Virus genome (UHGV): UHGV-1368455
Source: a virus
DNA length: 64,000 nucleotides
Direction: 5' to 3' (one strand)
In this document: one piece after another, positions 35,784 to 45,100 of the stretch
Position numbering within the stretch: the first letter of the stretch is position 1
Layout: each line of letters begins with the position of its first letter
Program-made: the position numbers and the translations under genes
The notes under the pieces: model-generated
The model's input: only the letters and a program-made list of their open reading frames with translations
What the model was told of the DNA's origin: nothing
The model's database searches: none

Positions 35784-36107
35784 ATGAACACAGTTGAAAT
35801 TAAAGCTAAACTTGAACATGTTTTTAAGTCATTTCCTATAAGTAGAGAACAGAAAGAAGCTCTATTTGATATTTATATTCAACTTATGAATGCTGCTCTT
35901 GAAGGAGTTAATCCTGACATGACACAGTATGCTAAAAAGACTGATATAAAAACTTATAATGCTGCTACAAAAGAAGCATTAGGACTTGTTAAACAAGCTG
36001 CTACTATTGCACCTCTCGAAGGTGAGGATGAAATTGCTACGGTAATAAGTACAGTTAATACTCTTATTGCTAATCTTAAAAGCGCAGGTATAATCTCAAA
36101 TTCATAA
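35784..36107 (+). CDS. hypothetical protein (107 aa)
   Basis: ORF. Confidence 0.4.
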   Translation: MNTVEIKAKLEHVFKSFPISREQKEALFDIYIQLMNAALEGVNPDMTQYAKKTDIKTYNAATKEALGLVKQAATIAPLEGEDEIATVISTVNTLIANLKSAGIISNS

Positions 36108-36224
36108 AGTTATGGGACGTCCAAATCGTGGTACAGGAACTGCTGGTCCAAAGAGACATTATAGTGGTTCAAATGAGAATAAAGAAAGTAATTCTCAAAG
36201 TTCTGAAAAGAAAGATAAGTCTAA

Positions 36225-36599
36225 GTGAAACAATTATTCTTATTGTTAATAAAGTTCATACCCATCATTCAGTTGATGGGTATGCTTTTAAATAATATTT
36301 GTTATTATTTTAATCTTAATGATTATATTAGTTATACTTTTGATTTACTTGTTGGTAATTCTATTATTGTTATTATATTACTTTATGTGGCAAGTTATAC
36401 TTTTTATTTTTGTAAATGGCACAGATTAATTATTAGTGCTAATTTAAGTAATGTCATTATTGCTAATGTTGATATTTATTTTAGAATACCTATTACTGAT
36501 TTACAATTACTTATAGTTTATCATTTAATAGCTGCTATATTTATAATTGCAGCAACAATTTCACATATAAAAGAAAATAATCATGGACGTAAGACTTAA
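36225..36599 (+). CDS. polytopic membrane protein (about 4 TM); true start may be the downstream MGM codons at about 36276
   Basis: Hydrophobic throughout; an 11-bp perfect hairpin overlaps the annotated 5' end. Confidence 0.4.
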   Translation: MKQLFLLLIKFIPIIQLMGMLLNNICYYFNLNDYISYTFDLLVGNSIIVIILLYVASYTFYFCKWHRLIISANLSNVIIANVDIYFRIPITDLQLLIVYHLIAAIFIIAATISHIKENNHGRKT

Positions 36600-36924
36600 A
36601 TTAATCAGAAAACTATTAGTTGAAGCTATAAATAAAATTGATAGTGGTAATAGTAATCATAATTCTGACGAACTCGATATTATAGTTAAAGATTTAACTA
36701 AGTTAAATAGAGGTATTAAACGTATTAGTAAACGTTATACTTGTGATAAAATTTTACATTGTAGTTCAAGCACGTTTGATAATTATCTCAAACTTGGTCT
36801 TATTCCTCCTGGTCATAAAGAAGTTGGTTTCAAAGAATTAAGTTGGAGCGAAAAAGATTTTGATGAAATGACTTTACATAAAATTGGTAAATATAGAGCA
36901 ACACGTGTTGGAGCAACCTTATAA
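36583..36924 (+). CDS. DNA-binding protein, excisionase/MerR-like HTH (HTH_17-type)
   Basis: YTCDKILHCSSSTFDNYLKLGLIPPGHKEVGFKELSWSEKDFDE resembles the excisionase-family HTH pattern. Confidence 0.4.
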   Translation: MDVRLKLIRKLLVEAINKIDSGNSNHNSDELDIIVKDLTKLNRGIKRISKRYTCDKILHCSSSTFDNYLKLGLIPPGHKEVGFKELSWSEKDFDEMTLHKIGKYRATRVGATL

Positions 36925-36952
36925 CTATTTCATAACCTAATTGATTGATATA

Positions 36953-36993
36953 TGCGCACTTACAATTAAATTTGTAGGTGTGCATTTTTATTT
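36953..36993 (+). terminator. rho-independent terminator candidate
   Basis: Stem TGCGCACTTAC pairs with GTAGGTGTGCA (11 bp with 2 G-U), then TTTTTATTT. Confidence 0.5.
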
Positions 36994-37005
36994 GCTATTC
37001 ATTCT

Positions 37006-37013
37006 TATCTTTG
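37006..37013 (+). promoter_or_regulatory. possible Bacteroidota-type -7 box TATCTTTG (TAnnTTTG)
   Basis: About 55 nt upstream of the ATG at 37069, directly after a terminator; -33 element unclear. Confidence 0.25.
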
Positions 37014-37068
37014 TGCTGTAATCGGTTACAAATAACTTAATTTATTAACTAATTAAAGTACAAATGTT

Positions 37069-38025
37069 ATGAGTGAAGCAAAAACTTATGTATTTGGACA
37101 GGACGCTAACAATGGCGTTCTTAATGCACTTATTCCTCTGCTTAATCAGCGAGGTATTGACCCCAATGTTCTTCTTGCTATGAACAATAATGACTTTGGA
37201 GGAAATAATGGTGGATGGTTCTTTTGGGTAATATTGCTGTTGTTGTTTGGCTGGAATCGTAACGGTTTTGGTGGTAATGGTGATGGAACTGCTTATCTTG
37301 GCAATATGCTTAATAATGATACTGGACGTGACTTGTTGATGCAAGCAATACAAGGAAATACAAGCCGTATAAGCGAATTAGCCCAAATGTTTAACTGCTC
37401 TACACAAACCATGCAAAATGCTATCTGCCAGCTGCAAACAGCTATTAACGGGGTCGGCAATCAGGTCGGAATGTCAGGTTTGCAGACCGTCAACGCCATA
37501 CAGGCCGGCAACGCTTCTCTTGCTTCTCAACTTGCTAAATGTTGTTGTGATAATCAGCTTGCTATGTGTCAGCAAACTAATACTCTTCAACAAGCTATTA
37601 ACGGTGTTAATATTGGTCAAGAACGTGGTTTCTCTCAACTTGGTCATGAGACACAGCGTCAAACTTGTGAACTGCGTGACGCTATACGTGAAAATACTGC
37701 ACAAGTACTTGCTGGTCAACGTTCTGCTGAAATGCGTGAAATGCAGAGGGAACTTGCTGAACGTGATAGGAAGATTGCTGAGCAAGCTGTTGTTATTAAC
37801 AACGGACAGCAAACTGCTGTATTCGGTCAGATGATACAACAAGCTACTGCACCTATTGCTGCTGCTGTTGCTGGTTTGCAAAAAGACGTTGATGGTGTTA
37901 AGTGTAAACTTCCTGAGACTACTACTATTCCTTACTCGCCAGTAGTAGGAGTTCCTACTTGTGTAGCTGCTCAATATGGTCTTGGTTTTGGTCTTGGTGT
38001 AAATCCTTTTGGTGCTTGGGGTTAA
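37069..38025 (+). CDS. membrane-anchored Gln/Ala-rich coiled-coil protein with Cys cluster and Gly-rich C-terminus; elevated GC (abundant virion or injection protein candidate)
   Basis: TM WFFWVILLLLFGW; KCCCDNQLAMCQQ; C-terminal GLGFGLGVNPFGAWG; GC-rich codons. Confidence 0.5.
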   Translation: MSEAKTYVFGQDANNGVLNALIPLLNQRGIDPNVLLAMNNNDFGGNNGGWFFWVILLLLFGWNRNGFGGNGDGTAYLGNMLNNDTGRDLLMQAIQGNTSRISELAQMFNCSTQTMQNAICQLQTAINGVGNQVGMSGLQTVNAIQAGNASLASQLAKCCCDNQLAMCQQTNTLQQAINGVNIGQERGFSQLGHETQRQTCELRDAIRENTAQVLAGQRSAEMREMQRELAERDRKIAEQAVVINNGQQTAVFGQMIQQATAPIAAAVAGLQKDVDGVKCKLPETTTIPYSPVVGVPTCVAAQYGLGFGLGVNPFGAWG

Positions 38026-38044
38026 TTTTTAATATATAGAGGAT

Positions 38045-38374
38045 ATGTCTTTACTTAATCCTTTTATAATGGCTAACAGAAATGGTATTCCTCGTATTGA
38101 AGCTACTGGAGTAAATGTTAGTACTACTGCTGTTACTTTTAGTTTTCAGAGGAATGCTTTTTATAACAGAAATTTTGCTGGACTGATTATATTCAGACTT
38201 CCTGCTTATACAGCTCCTGCAACTGCCGTTCCTGTTATTTTTGATACCGATGGTGAAAGTCAAGCTGTTACTACTCTTGGTGGTGCTGCTGTTACTTCTG
38301 CTGAACTTAATCAATCTGGTATCTATCTTGGATTTTATGACGGAAATACTCTTCAACTTTTAACTGGTATTTAA
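38045..38374 (+). CDS. hypothetical small beta-rich protein (109 aa)
   Basis: ORF. Confidence 0.45.
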   Translation: MSLLNPFIMANRNGIPRIEATGVNVSTTAVTFSFQRNAFYNRNFAGLIIFRLPAYTAPATAVPVIFDTDGESQAVTTLGGAAVTSAELNQSGIYLGFYDGNTLQLLTGI

Positions 38375-38377
38375 TCT

Positions 38378-38869
38378 ATGTTTAATAATTTAGGCAAAAA
38401 TAGTGTATTCTATATCTTAGATAAGAATAATGAAAAACCTATTCTAAAAGTAGGTAAAGTTACTGATACTAAAATTAATCCTCAATTTTATGGACTTACT
38501 AATCAAGAAATGGAAATTAGTGCTGTTGCTGATGGACAAGAATATATATTTAAGAAAATTCCTACCAACATTTCTATTGTTAGTCCTTCTGCTGGCATTG
38601 TTATTTCTGACAATCCACAAGATATGATTAATGAATATGAAAGTATGGTATCTGTTAGTCAACAAGCTCTTAAGATGGTAGACTATAATAAAGCTGTTGT
38701 TGATAGTCGAGACGAAATTATGTCTATACTTAATCCTCGATTTGCTAAAGAAAAAGAACAAGAAAATAAACTAAATGCTCTTGAGGGTAGAGTTGGTAAT
38801 ATGGAACAAGGTATAGGTGATATAAAAACTATGTTGTCTAAACTTATTAACGTTAAACAAGGAGAATAA
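38378..38869 (+). CDS. hypothetical protein (163 aa)
   Basis: ORF 3 nt after the previous stop. Confidence 0.45.
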   Translation: MFNNLGKNSVFYILDKNNEKPILKVGKVTDTKINPQFYGLTNQEMEISAVADGQEYIFKKIPTNISIVSPSAGIVISDNPQDMINEYESMVSVSQQALKMVDYNKAVVDSRDEIMSILNPRFAKEKEQENKLNALEGRVGNMEQGIGDIKTMLSKLINVKQGE

Positions 38870-38873
38870 GATT

Positions 38874-39110
38874 ATGTATATGATAGAAATAAGCGAAGAT
38901 AAAATTGATAGTCTTGTTGAACACGTTTCTAAGAGTATCAAATGTCTCGGTAAAGTTGCCGAATGTCTTGAAGAAATGCGTAGTGAAGGCTATGAAGATG
39001 AAGATGAATATGACGAGCGAGACAAATACGCTGCCGGAGGTGGTAGAGAAATGTATCGTCGTGGAGGTCGCAGTCGTTATGCTCGCGGTGGTCGGTATAG
39101 TAATTATTAA
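38874..39110 (+). CDS. small acidic protein with C-terminal RGG/RG-rich tail (nucleic-acid-binding candidate)
   Basis: EDEDEYDERDKYAAGGGREMYRRGGRSRYARGGRYSNY. Confidence 0.4.
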   Translation: MYMIEISEDKIDSLVEHVSKSIKCLGKVAECLEEMRSEGYEDEDEYDERDKYAAGGGREMYRRGGRSRYARGGRYSNY

Positions 39111-39158
39111 ACAGTAGGTAATAGGAGCTATAATGCTCCTATTACTTTTTATAAAGCT

Positions 39159-39581
39159 ATGAAACATAATCCGTTAGACGCACATGATGATATGCCTGAT
39201 GGAATGAAAAGGTATATTAGTAATTATGGCTTTCACTTTAATAAAAAAGCATATAATTACGCTACTTCTTATATGACTAAACGTAATCCTAAAACTAATA
39301 AAGAAGAACATATAAAACCTTATACTAAAGAAGAAGTAGATAATCTATTAGATACATATAATATTGAACTTAAAAATAAAATAATGTATGACTATGTTTA
39401 TGCTGCTACTATGGCTAAAGCCGATTATTTAGGCTCTACTATTGAAGATGATTTACATTTAGCTCGTTACATTAAAGATACTATTGATGATGTGGATGCC
39501 AGCTCCGAAACTACATTTAGACGTTGGATGGCTACTATGATTGGAAATGGTATGCCCATTGATTGGTATGAAATTGTTTAA
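39159..39581 (+). CDS. hypothetical protein (140 aa)
   Basis: ORF. Confidence 0.45.
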   Translation: MKHNPLDAHDDMPDGMKRYISNYGFHFNKKAYNYATSYMTKRNPKTNKEEHIKPYTKEEVDNLLDTYNIELKNKIMYDYVYAATMAKADYLGSTIEDDLHLARYIKDTIDDVDASSETTFRRWMATMIGNGMPIDWYEIV

Positions 39582-39610
39582 GTTAATTGTGATAATAAAG
39601 TTTGTTTTTT

Positions 39611-39657
39611 AATTGCAATAGTTAGTCGTGATGACTAAGCTATTGCAATTTTTTTGT
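39611..39657 (+). terminator. strong rho-independent terminator
   Basis: 15-17 bp stem AATTGCAATAGTTAGTC pairs with GACTAAGCTATTGCAATT, 5-nt loop, then TTTTTTT. Confidence 0.7.
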
Positions 39658-39688
39658 TTATTGACATTGTATAATTAAATAAATGTTT

Positions 39689-39696
39689 TATATTTG
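39689..39696 (+). promoter_or_regulatory. possible Bacteroidota-type -7 box TATATTTG
   Basis: About 45 nt upstream of the ATG at 39743, just after the terminator. Confidence 0.25.
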
Positions 39697-39742
39697 TAGT
39701 GATTATCGTATTACATTATTTATTAATTAAACTATTGTTATT

Positions 39743-40426
39743 ATGAGCAGTATTGCACAACTTGTTTCAGAGATTGCTCATTCCGTAAAGCAACCTGATA
39801 GTGTTCCTGTTCGTAGAGCTATTAAACTTGGTATAATTCATGCTCGAAACGAAGTCATAAGACGTAGTTTTGCTAATCATAATTATACTGACAAAGTTCT
39901 ACAACAACGTTTTAAACTTACTCTTATTGATGTTCCTGACGGTGACCTTTATGGTTCTGATAAAGTTGTTACATCTCAAGTTAAAAGAACTATTAATAAA
40001 GTTCCTCGTCCTGTAAGACTTACTAATAATCTTCCTTTTCATTCTGTTCGTACTGCTGGTGTACGAAATCCTATTGAAATAGCTTTTGTTAAAGAAGCTA
40101 CTGCTAAATATTATAATGCTCTACCTGGGTTTTGTCCTAATGTTAGTTATGATTATATTAACGAATATATCTATGTGAACTCCCCCGTAGAGGGACAACT
40201 TGCTTCAATTAGTGCTATTATTGTTGAATCTGTATTTGAATATCCTCATATTATAGAAACTGAAACTGTTGAAGGTAAACTTGATATAGATACTATTGAT
40301 GATAATGATGAATTTTTACTACCTGAAGATATGATTACTACTGTTAAACAACTTATTCTTTCTACTTGGAATCCAGATATTATTCGTGATACTAATGAAG
40401 TTCCTACTCCTAATATAGTACAATAA
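39743..40426 (+). CDS. hypothetical virion protein (227 aa)
   Basis: ORF; contains an in-frame motif copy (SPVEG). Confidence 0.5.
   Translation: MSSIAQLVSEIAHSVKQPDSVPVRRAIKLGIIHARNEVIRRSFANHNYTDKVLQQRFKLTLIDVPDGDLYGSDKVVTSQVKRTINKVPRPVRLTNNLPFHSVRTAGVRNPIEIAFVKEATAKYYNALPGFCPNVSYDYINEYIYVNSPVEGQLASISAIIVESVFEYPHIIETETVEGKLDIDTIDDNDEFLLPEDMITTVKQLILSTWNPDIIRDTNEVPTPNIVQ
40180..40195 (-). repeat. dispersed motif copy (CTCCCCCGTAGAGGGA), in-frame SPVEG; 20-nt identity with the copy at 57394
   Basis: AACTCCCCCGTAGAGGGACA is shared with 57394-57413. Confidence 0.9.
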
Positions 40427-41355
40427 TGGTAGTAGATATTAAATTCAAAGACTTTTATCTTCAATTTATTGGTTCTATAAAAGAAAATATTAAAAAAAAT
40501 CAAGAAATAATAGAAGATACTACTAAAAAGCGTGATGAAATCTATAATGAAATTAATAACGCAAAAGATTTACTTAAAGATAAACTTAATATAGAATTAG
40601 ATAAATATACTGAATGGAAAGATAAAATTTATAATTCTACTCTTGCTTTATTCGGCGTTGCATATTATTATATAAATCGAACGAGTGATACAATTATTAA
40701 ACATCATCTCGGTAATATTATTCAGTTTACATATTGTCTAAAAAAGATTTATATGGCTGAACATCGTATTGAAATTAATAATAAAGCAAGTAAACTTACT
40801 TATCGTCAATATACTCTTATAGTAAGTAGTTATTACAATAAAGTTCATAAATTTCTTCTTAATGGTTATGGTTATAAATATCAAGGAGGTATTGGAACTT
40901 TTATTATTAATCATTGGAAATTTGATAATACTAAATCTAAACGTATGGTATTAGATTATAATGCTACTAATAAACGTAAAAAAGAACTTATAGCGAAAGG
41001 TCTAAAACCTTACGATGATAAAGAAGCCGCATGGTATAAAGCTCGTCATATTCCTTATGACGGAATTGATTATAAAGTATATCAAACTAATAGTAGTTAT
41101 TATGAATTTTGTTTTATTAAATCGAGTTTAGTTCATAGTAAACGCGGTTATGATTATAAACGTACTGAATATGTTTCTGCTAAATATAGAGGTATGAGTT
41201 ATCAAAAAATTGCTGATACTTTCGTTAAGAAAGATGAAGATGTTTATGATATGCAATTGGATATTAAATATAAACTTAATATACTTCTATATCGTAATCC
41301 CACAATATATCTAAACTTTGTTCGTAATGCAGAACAAAACCGTTACAAATATTGA
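40426..41355 (+). CDS. hypothetical protein (309 aa)
   Basis: ORF overlapping the upstream stop. Confidence 0.5.
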   Translation: MVVDIKFKDFYLQFIGSIKENIKKNQEIIEDTTKKRDEIYNEINNAKDLLKDKLNIELDKYTEWKDKIYNSTLALFGVAYYYINRTSDTIIKHHLGNIIQFTYCLKKIYMAEHRIEINNKASKLTYRQYTLIVSSYYNKVHKFLLNGYGYKYQGGIGTFIINHWKFDNTKSKRMVLDYNATNKRKKELIAKGLKPYDDKEAAWYKARHIPYDGIDYKVYQTNSSYYEFCFIKSSLVHSKRGYDYKRTEYVSAKYRGMSYQKIADTFVKKDEDVYDMQLDIKYKLNILLYRNPTIYLNFVRNAEQNRYKY

Positions 41356-42169
41356 GCGTATAATTGCTAAAATAGACAATGATTTCAATCCTGATAATAG
41401 TGATTGGATTCCTCGTGTTGGAGCATGGTGTATTGACGCAATGTCTATGCTCGATTGTCTTTGTACTAAACGTACTAAGAAAACTATTACTGTTAAAAAC
41501 AGAATAGCTTATGTTGGTTGTCCTATTAATAATATGAATATCAAAATATATGATTCTAATGGTTGTGAAATAGAAGAAGCTAATAATAAGAAATGCGGAT
41601 GTAATAATCCCTCTACGGGGGAGGTTGAACAATCTACAACGACAAAAATTAGTACGGCAGTTAGTCGTTATGAAGCCAATGCGCCTATTACAAAAGCTCC
41701 TGATTATTTATTAGCTGAAACTCTTAATGATAAAGAATGGCCTGGACGTTATAGAATTAATGAATTTAATTATGTTAATGGACAACAAAATATTAATAAA
41801 AATTATGTTATTACTGGAAATGATAAAATAGAACTTAATTTTGATACTAAATGTATTACTCTCGAATATGATACTATTGAAACTGCTCAAACTCAATTTG
41901 GTTGCGAACTTCCAGTTATTCCTAACAATGGAATACTTATTGAAGCTCTAACTTATTATTGTATGTATAAGATGTTATGTAGAGGTTATAAACATCCTGT
42001 ATTTAATCTTGCAGCAAGTCAATATGGTACTAATCCTTATTATATATGGACACAACTTAAAGATGAAGCTAAACGTTCTGTTATAGCTAATAGAGTTGAT
42101 ACTGATGAAGATATTAGTAAAATGTTTCGTAGTGCTTTTTATATTGATACTTTTGACCCTCGTAGATAA
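41318..42169 (+). CDS. hypothetical protein (283 aa)
   Basis: ORF; contains a motif copy encoding NPSTGEVEQ. Confidence 0.5.
   Translation: MFVMQNKTVTNIERIIAKIDNDFNPDNSDWIPRVGAWCIDAMSMLDCLCTKRTKKTITVKNRIAYVGCPINNMNIKIYDSNGCEIEEANNKKCGCNNPSTGEVEQSTTTKISTAVSRYEANAPITKAPDYLLAETLNDKEWPGRYRINEFNYVNGQQNINKNYVITGNDKIELNFDTKCITLEYDTIETAQTQFGCELPVIPNNGILIEALTYYCMYKMLCRGYKHPVFNLAASQYGTNPYYIWTQLKDEAKRSVIANRVDTDEDISKMFRSAFYIDTFDPRR
41608..41623 (+). repeat. dispersed motif copy TCCCTCTACGGGGGAG; extended about 32/36-nt identity with the copy at 53961
   Basis: TAATCCCTCTACGGGGGAGGTTGA identical in both; both encode NPSTGEVEQ. Confidence 0.9.
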
Positions 42170-45100
42170 TGGCACAAATAATTCCCAAACTTAATCTTAA
42201 CAAACATCCTTCAGAAGTACTTAATGGAAGTTTGATAGATGCTACTAATATTATTGTTAGTAACGACAATGCTGTTATACAAACTGAGCCTCAACTTGAT
42301 ACATCTGACATTAATAATCAACTAATAAATCTTATTGGTAGTCGTTCTTATTCTATTAAATATTGTATTAATTGTAATAAAGAATTAATTATATTTGTAT
42401 TATTTAATGATGATGCTGACAATATATCTTTATATAGATATAATGAAGATTATAATGAAATTAAATATGTTACTAAAACAGATTATCATGGAGGTGAATT
42501 ACTTGGAACTTTTACTTATAATTTTAATAATCTTATAATTGCTTTTAGCGAATACTTTGAAGATGATAGTAAGAACGTTCCATTAAAAACTATTAATCTT
42601 GGCAAGTGGAACGAAACTATAAATGATAATGATGTTAATCAATTAAATAATTCTAAAATACATCCTTGTAATCCTGAAGTTAAAATTCCTAATATTACTA
42701 CTTCTTATGTTAAAGGTAATTGTTATAAAGGATGGTATTTTATTTTTATTCGTTATAAAATTGATAGTAATACTTATACTCAATGGTTTAATACTAATGA
42801 ATATATTTTTATAGATACTTTTACTAATACTAATTTATATAAAAGTTATATCAGTTCTGATGTTAAAAATATTGGTAATAAGAAAAATACTTGGAACTCT
42901 TTTTATAATTATATATCTGATGATACTGATATAAGTTTAATTACATTACAATGTGATGTAACAAATAGGGATACTAAATATAAATATTATCAATTAGGTT
43001 TTGTTATTAATAGAAAAGATACAACTAAATGTTATCGAAGTGAAGATATTGATATTAATAATAGTACTTTTATATTTAATAATAATTTAGTTGTAGAAGA
43101 AGGTTTAATCAATATGATTAATACCTATACTAATTATTATAATGTTAAATCATTAACTGCTGTTGGAAATAGATTATTTATTGGAAACTATAAAGAAAAT
43201 AATTTTGAAAAAGATATTATTAATTCACTTAAAAATATTAATTTATCAGTTTCTTTTATTCCTTCTGAAAATAATACCGATACTCAAGATATAGAAACAA
43301 GAGCAGAACAAGAATTAACTTGTACTGTATATTGTACTAACAGAACAAGTAATAATCAAGTTAATCTTATTGCTAAACTTTGGAATAATCAACAAGATGG
43401 AATGATTTATTATACTGGTAGTCAAATGCCTCTTGTTAATAAAAATCATGACGATGTAGATATACATACTATGGGTCAATGTAAAATTAAATATCATTAT
43501 CAAGGTAAAGATGTTACTGAAATTGTTGATGCTAAAAATATTATAGTTGCTCCATTTGAAAATAAAGTTATTAACGGACAATCTAATCAAGGACGTATAT
43601 TTATTCTTAAAGATGGAGAACTTATAGAACATGAGCCAGATGGTCCAGATATAAATACTGTTAGTTTATTAAGTTTCTATACTAATAAAGTTTTTGGAGA
43701 AATAGCTATGTCTTATACTAATTGTGATTTTACTCATACAGAAGTTGGTGTTGATGGTGGAGAGATAGAATCTTCTACTAATATACTTAATACATCAGGT
43801 TTAAGACCTAATAATCCATATAACTTTTTTATTCATTTTATTGATAAATATGGATTATATACTGATGGTTTTAATATAAATAATTTTAATCTTAATACTT
43901 CTGAAAATAATTTTATTAATAATATAGGAGATAAAATTATTATTACTCCTAATGATGATAATTCATATATTGCTAAATTTGTTCTTGATAATATTCCTGA
44001 ACAATATGTTGGATGGTTTATTTCTTATGAAAAAATTGAACGTTATATTAAATATACAGGATTTATTGGAGGTAATGGTGAAATACAAGAAGATAGTGAA
44101 GATGCGAGTATTGAAATAAATAAAACTTCTTATATAGCTGAAGATATTAAAAGAGATTCTACTAATCCTTGGCAAGGAAAACGTGGCAATAATCAAAATT
44201 TTATTAGCAATGAACTTAATTTTCTTGATAGTATTATTACAGATTTTGATATTGCAAGATTTTATAATACTACTGTTACAAGAACAAAAGGAAATAATAA
44301 TATAGCAAAACTTACCTATAATAAAACTGATAATGCATATATAGATATTCCAATTATTAGTAAACATTTATTAGTTGCTGATAGTTATAATAATATTGGA
44401 GGTGAAACTAAATTTCAATTAGAGTTAAATGGTGTCGCTGAAGTTATTACTTATTCTTATATAGTTGAACTTATTAAAAGTGATAAAACTAATATTTATA
44501 ATAATATTAATAAAACATTAATTCCTTGTTCTGAAATTAAATATGAAACTGGAGAAATAAATGTAAATACTAAAGATTCTTTTCATAGTGAAATTCATGT
44601 TTACGACTACAAAGAAAGTACTTATTGGAATGATACTCTTAAATATTTTCAAAGTTCTGGTGATTCAAGACCTGTTATTCATCCTGTTTTTTGTAAAGTT
44701 CAACAAGCGTTTGTAGATATTCCTTGGGAAAGTTTACAAATTAATAATAAACCTGAAATTATATTTTTTCCTAATAAAGGACTTAATACTACTGATGAAT
44801 ATAAAAAATCATTTATAATCGGAACTATTATTGAAGCAAAAAATACTGTTGATTTATTTCAACAGAAAAATAATACTGTTTGGAATGCTTGTCCAAAAAC
44901 TATTACTAATTATTATGAAAGTAAAAACTACGCAAAAGATTATCCTAAAACTATTCGTCGTAGTAATATTATTCAAGATGAATCTCGTAATAATGCTTGG
45001 AGGCAATTTAAACTTGAACAATATAAAAATATTACTGAAAATAAAGGCGATGTAACCAAACTTATTGCTATCGGTTATTATTTTATTGTTCACTGTCAGC

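Noticed and set aside
38905-39117. Alternative-frame 70-aa ORF overlapping the RGG-tailed protein gene
   Set aside because: Same region in another frame with a hydrophobic low-complexity translation; the acidic and RGG frame is more protein-like and begins with a coupled start.
39661-39680. Sigma-70-like TTGACA plus TATAAT pair
   Set aside because: The spacing between the two hexamers is only 3 bp, incompatible with a sigma-70 promoter; a Bacteroidota-type TAnnTTTG box nearby fits better.
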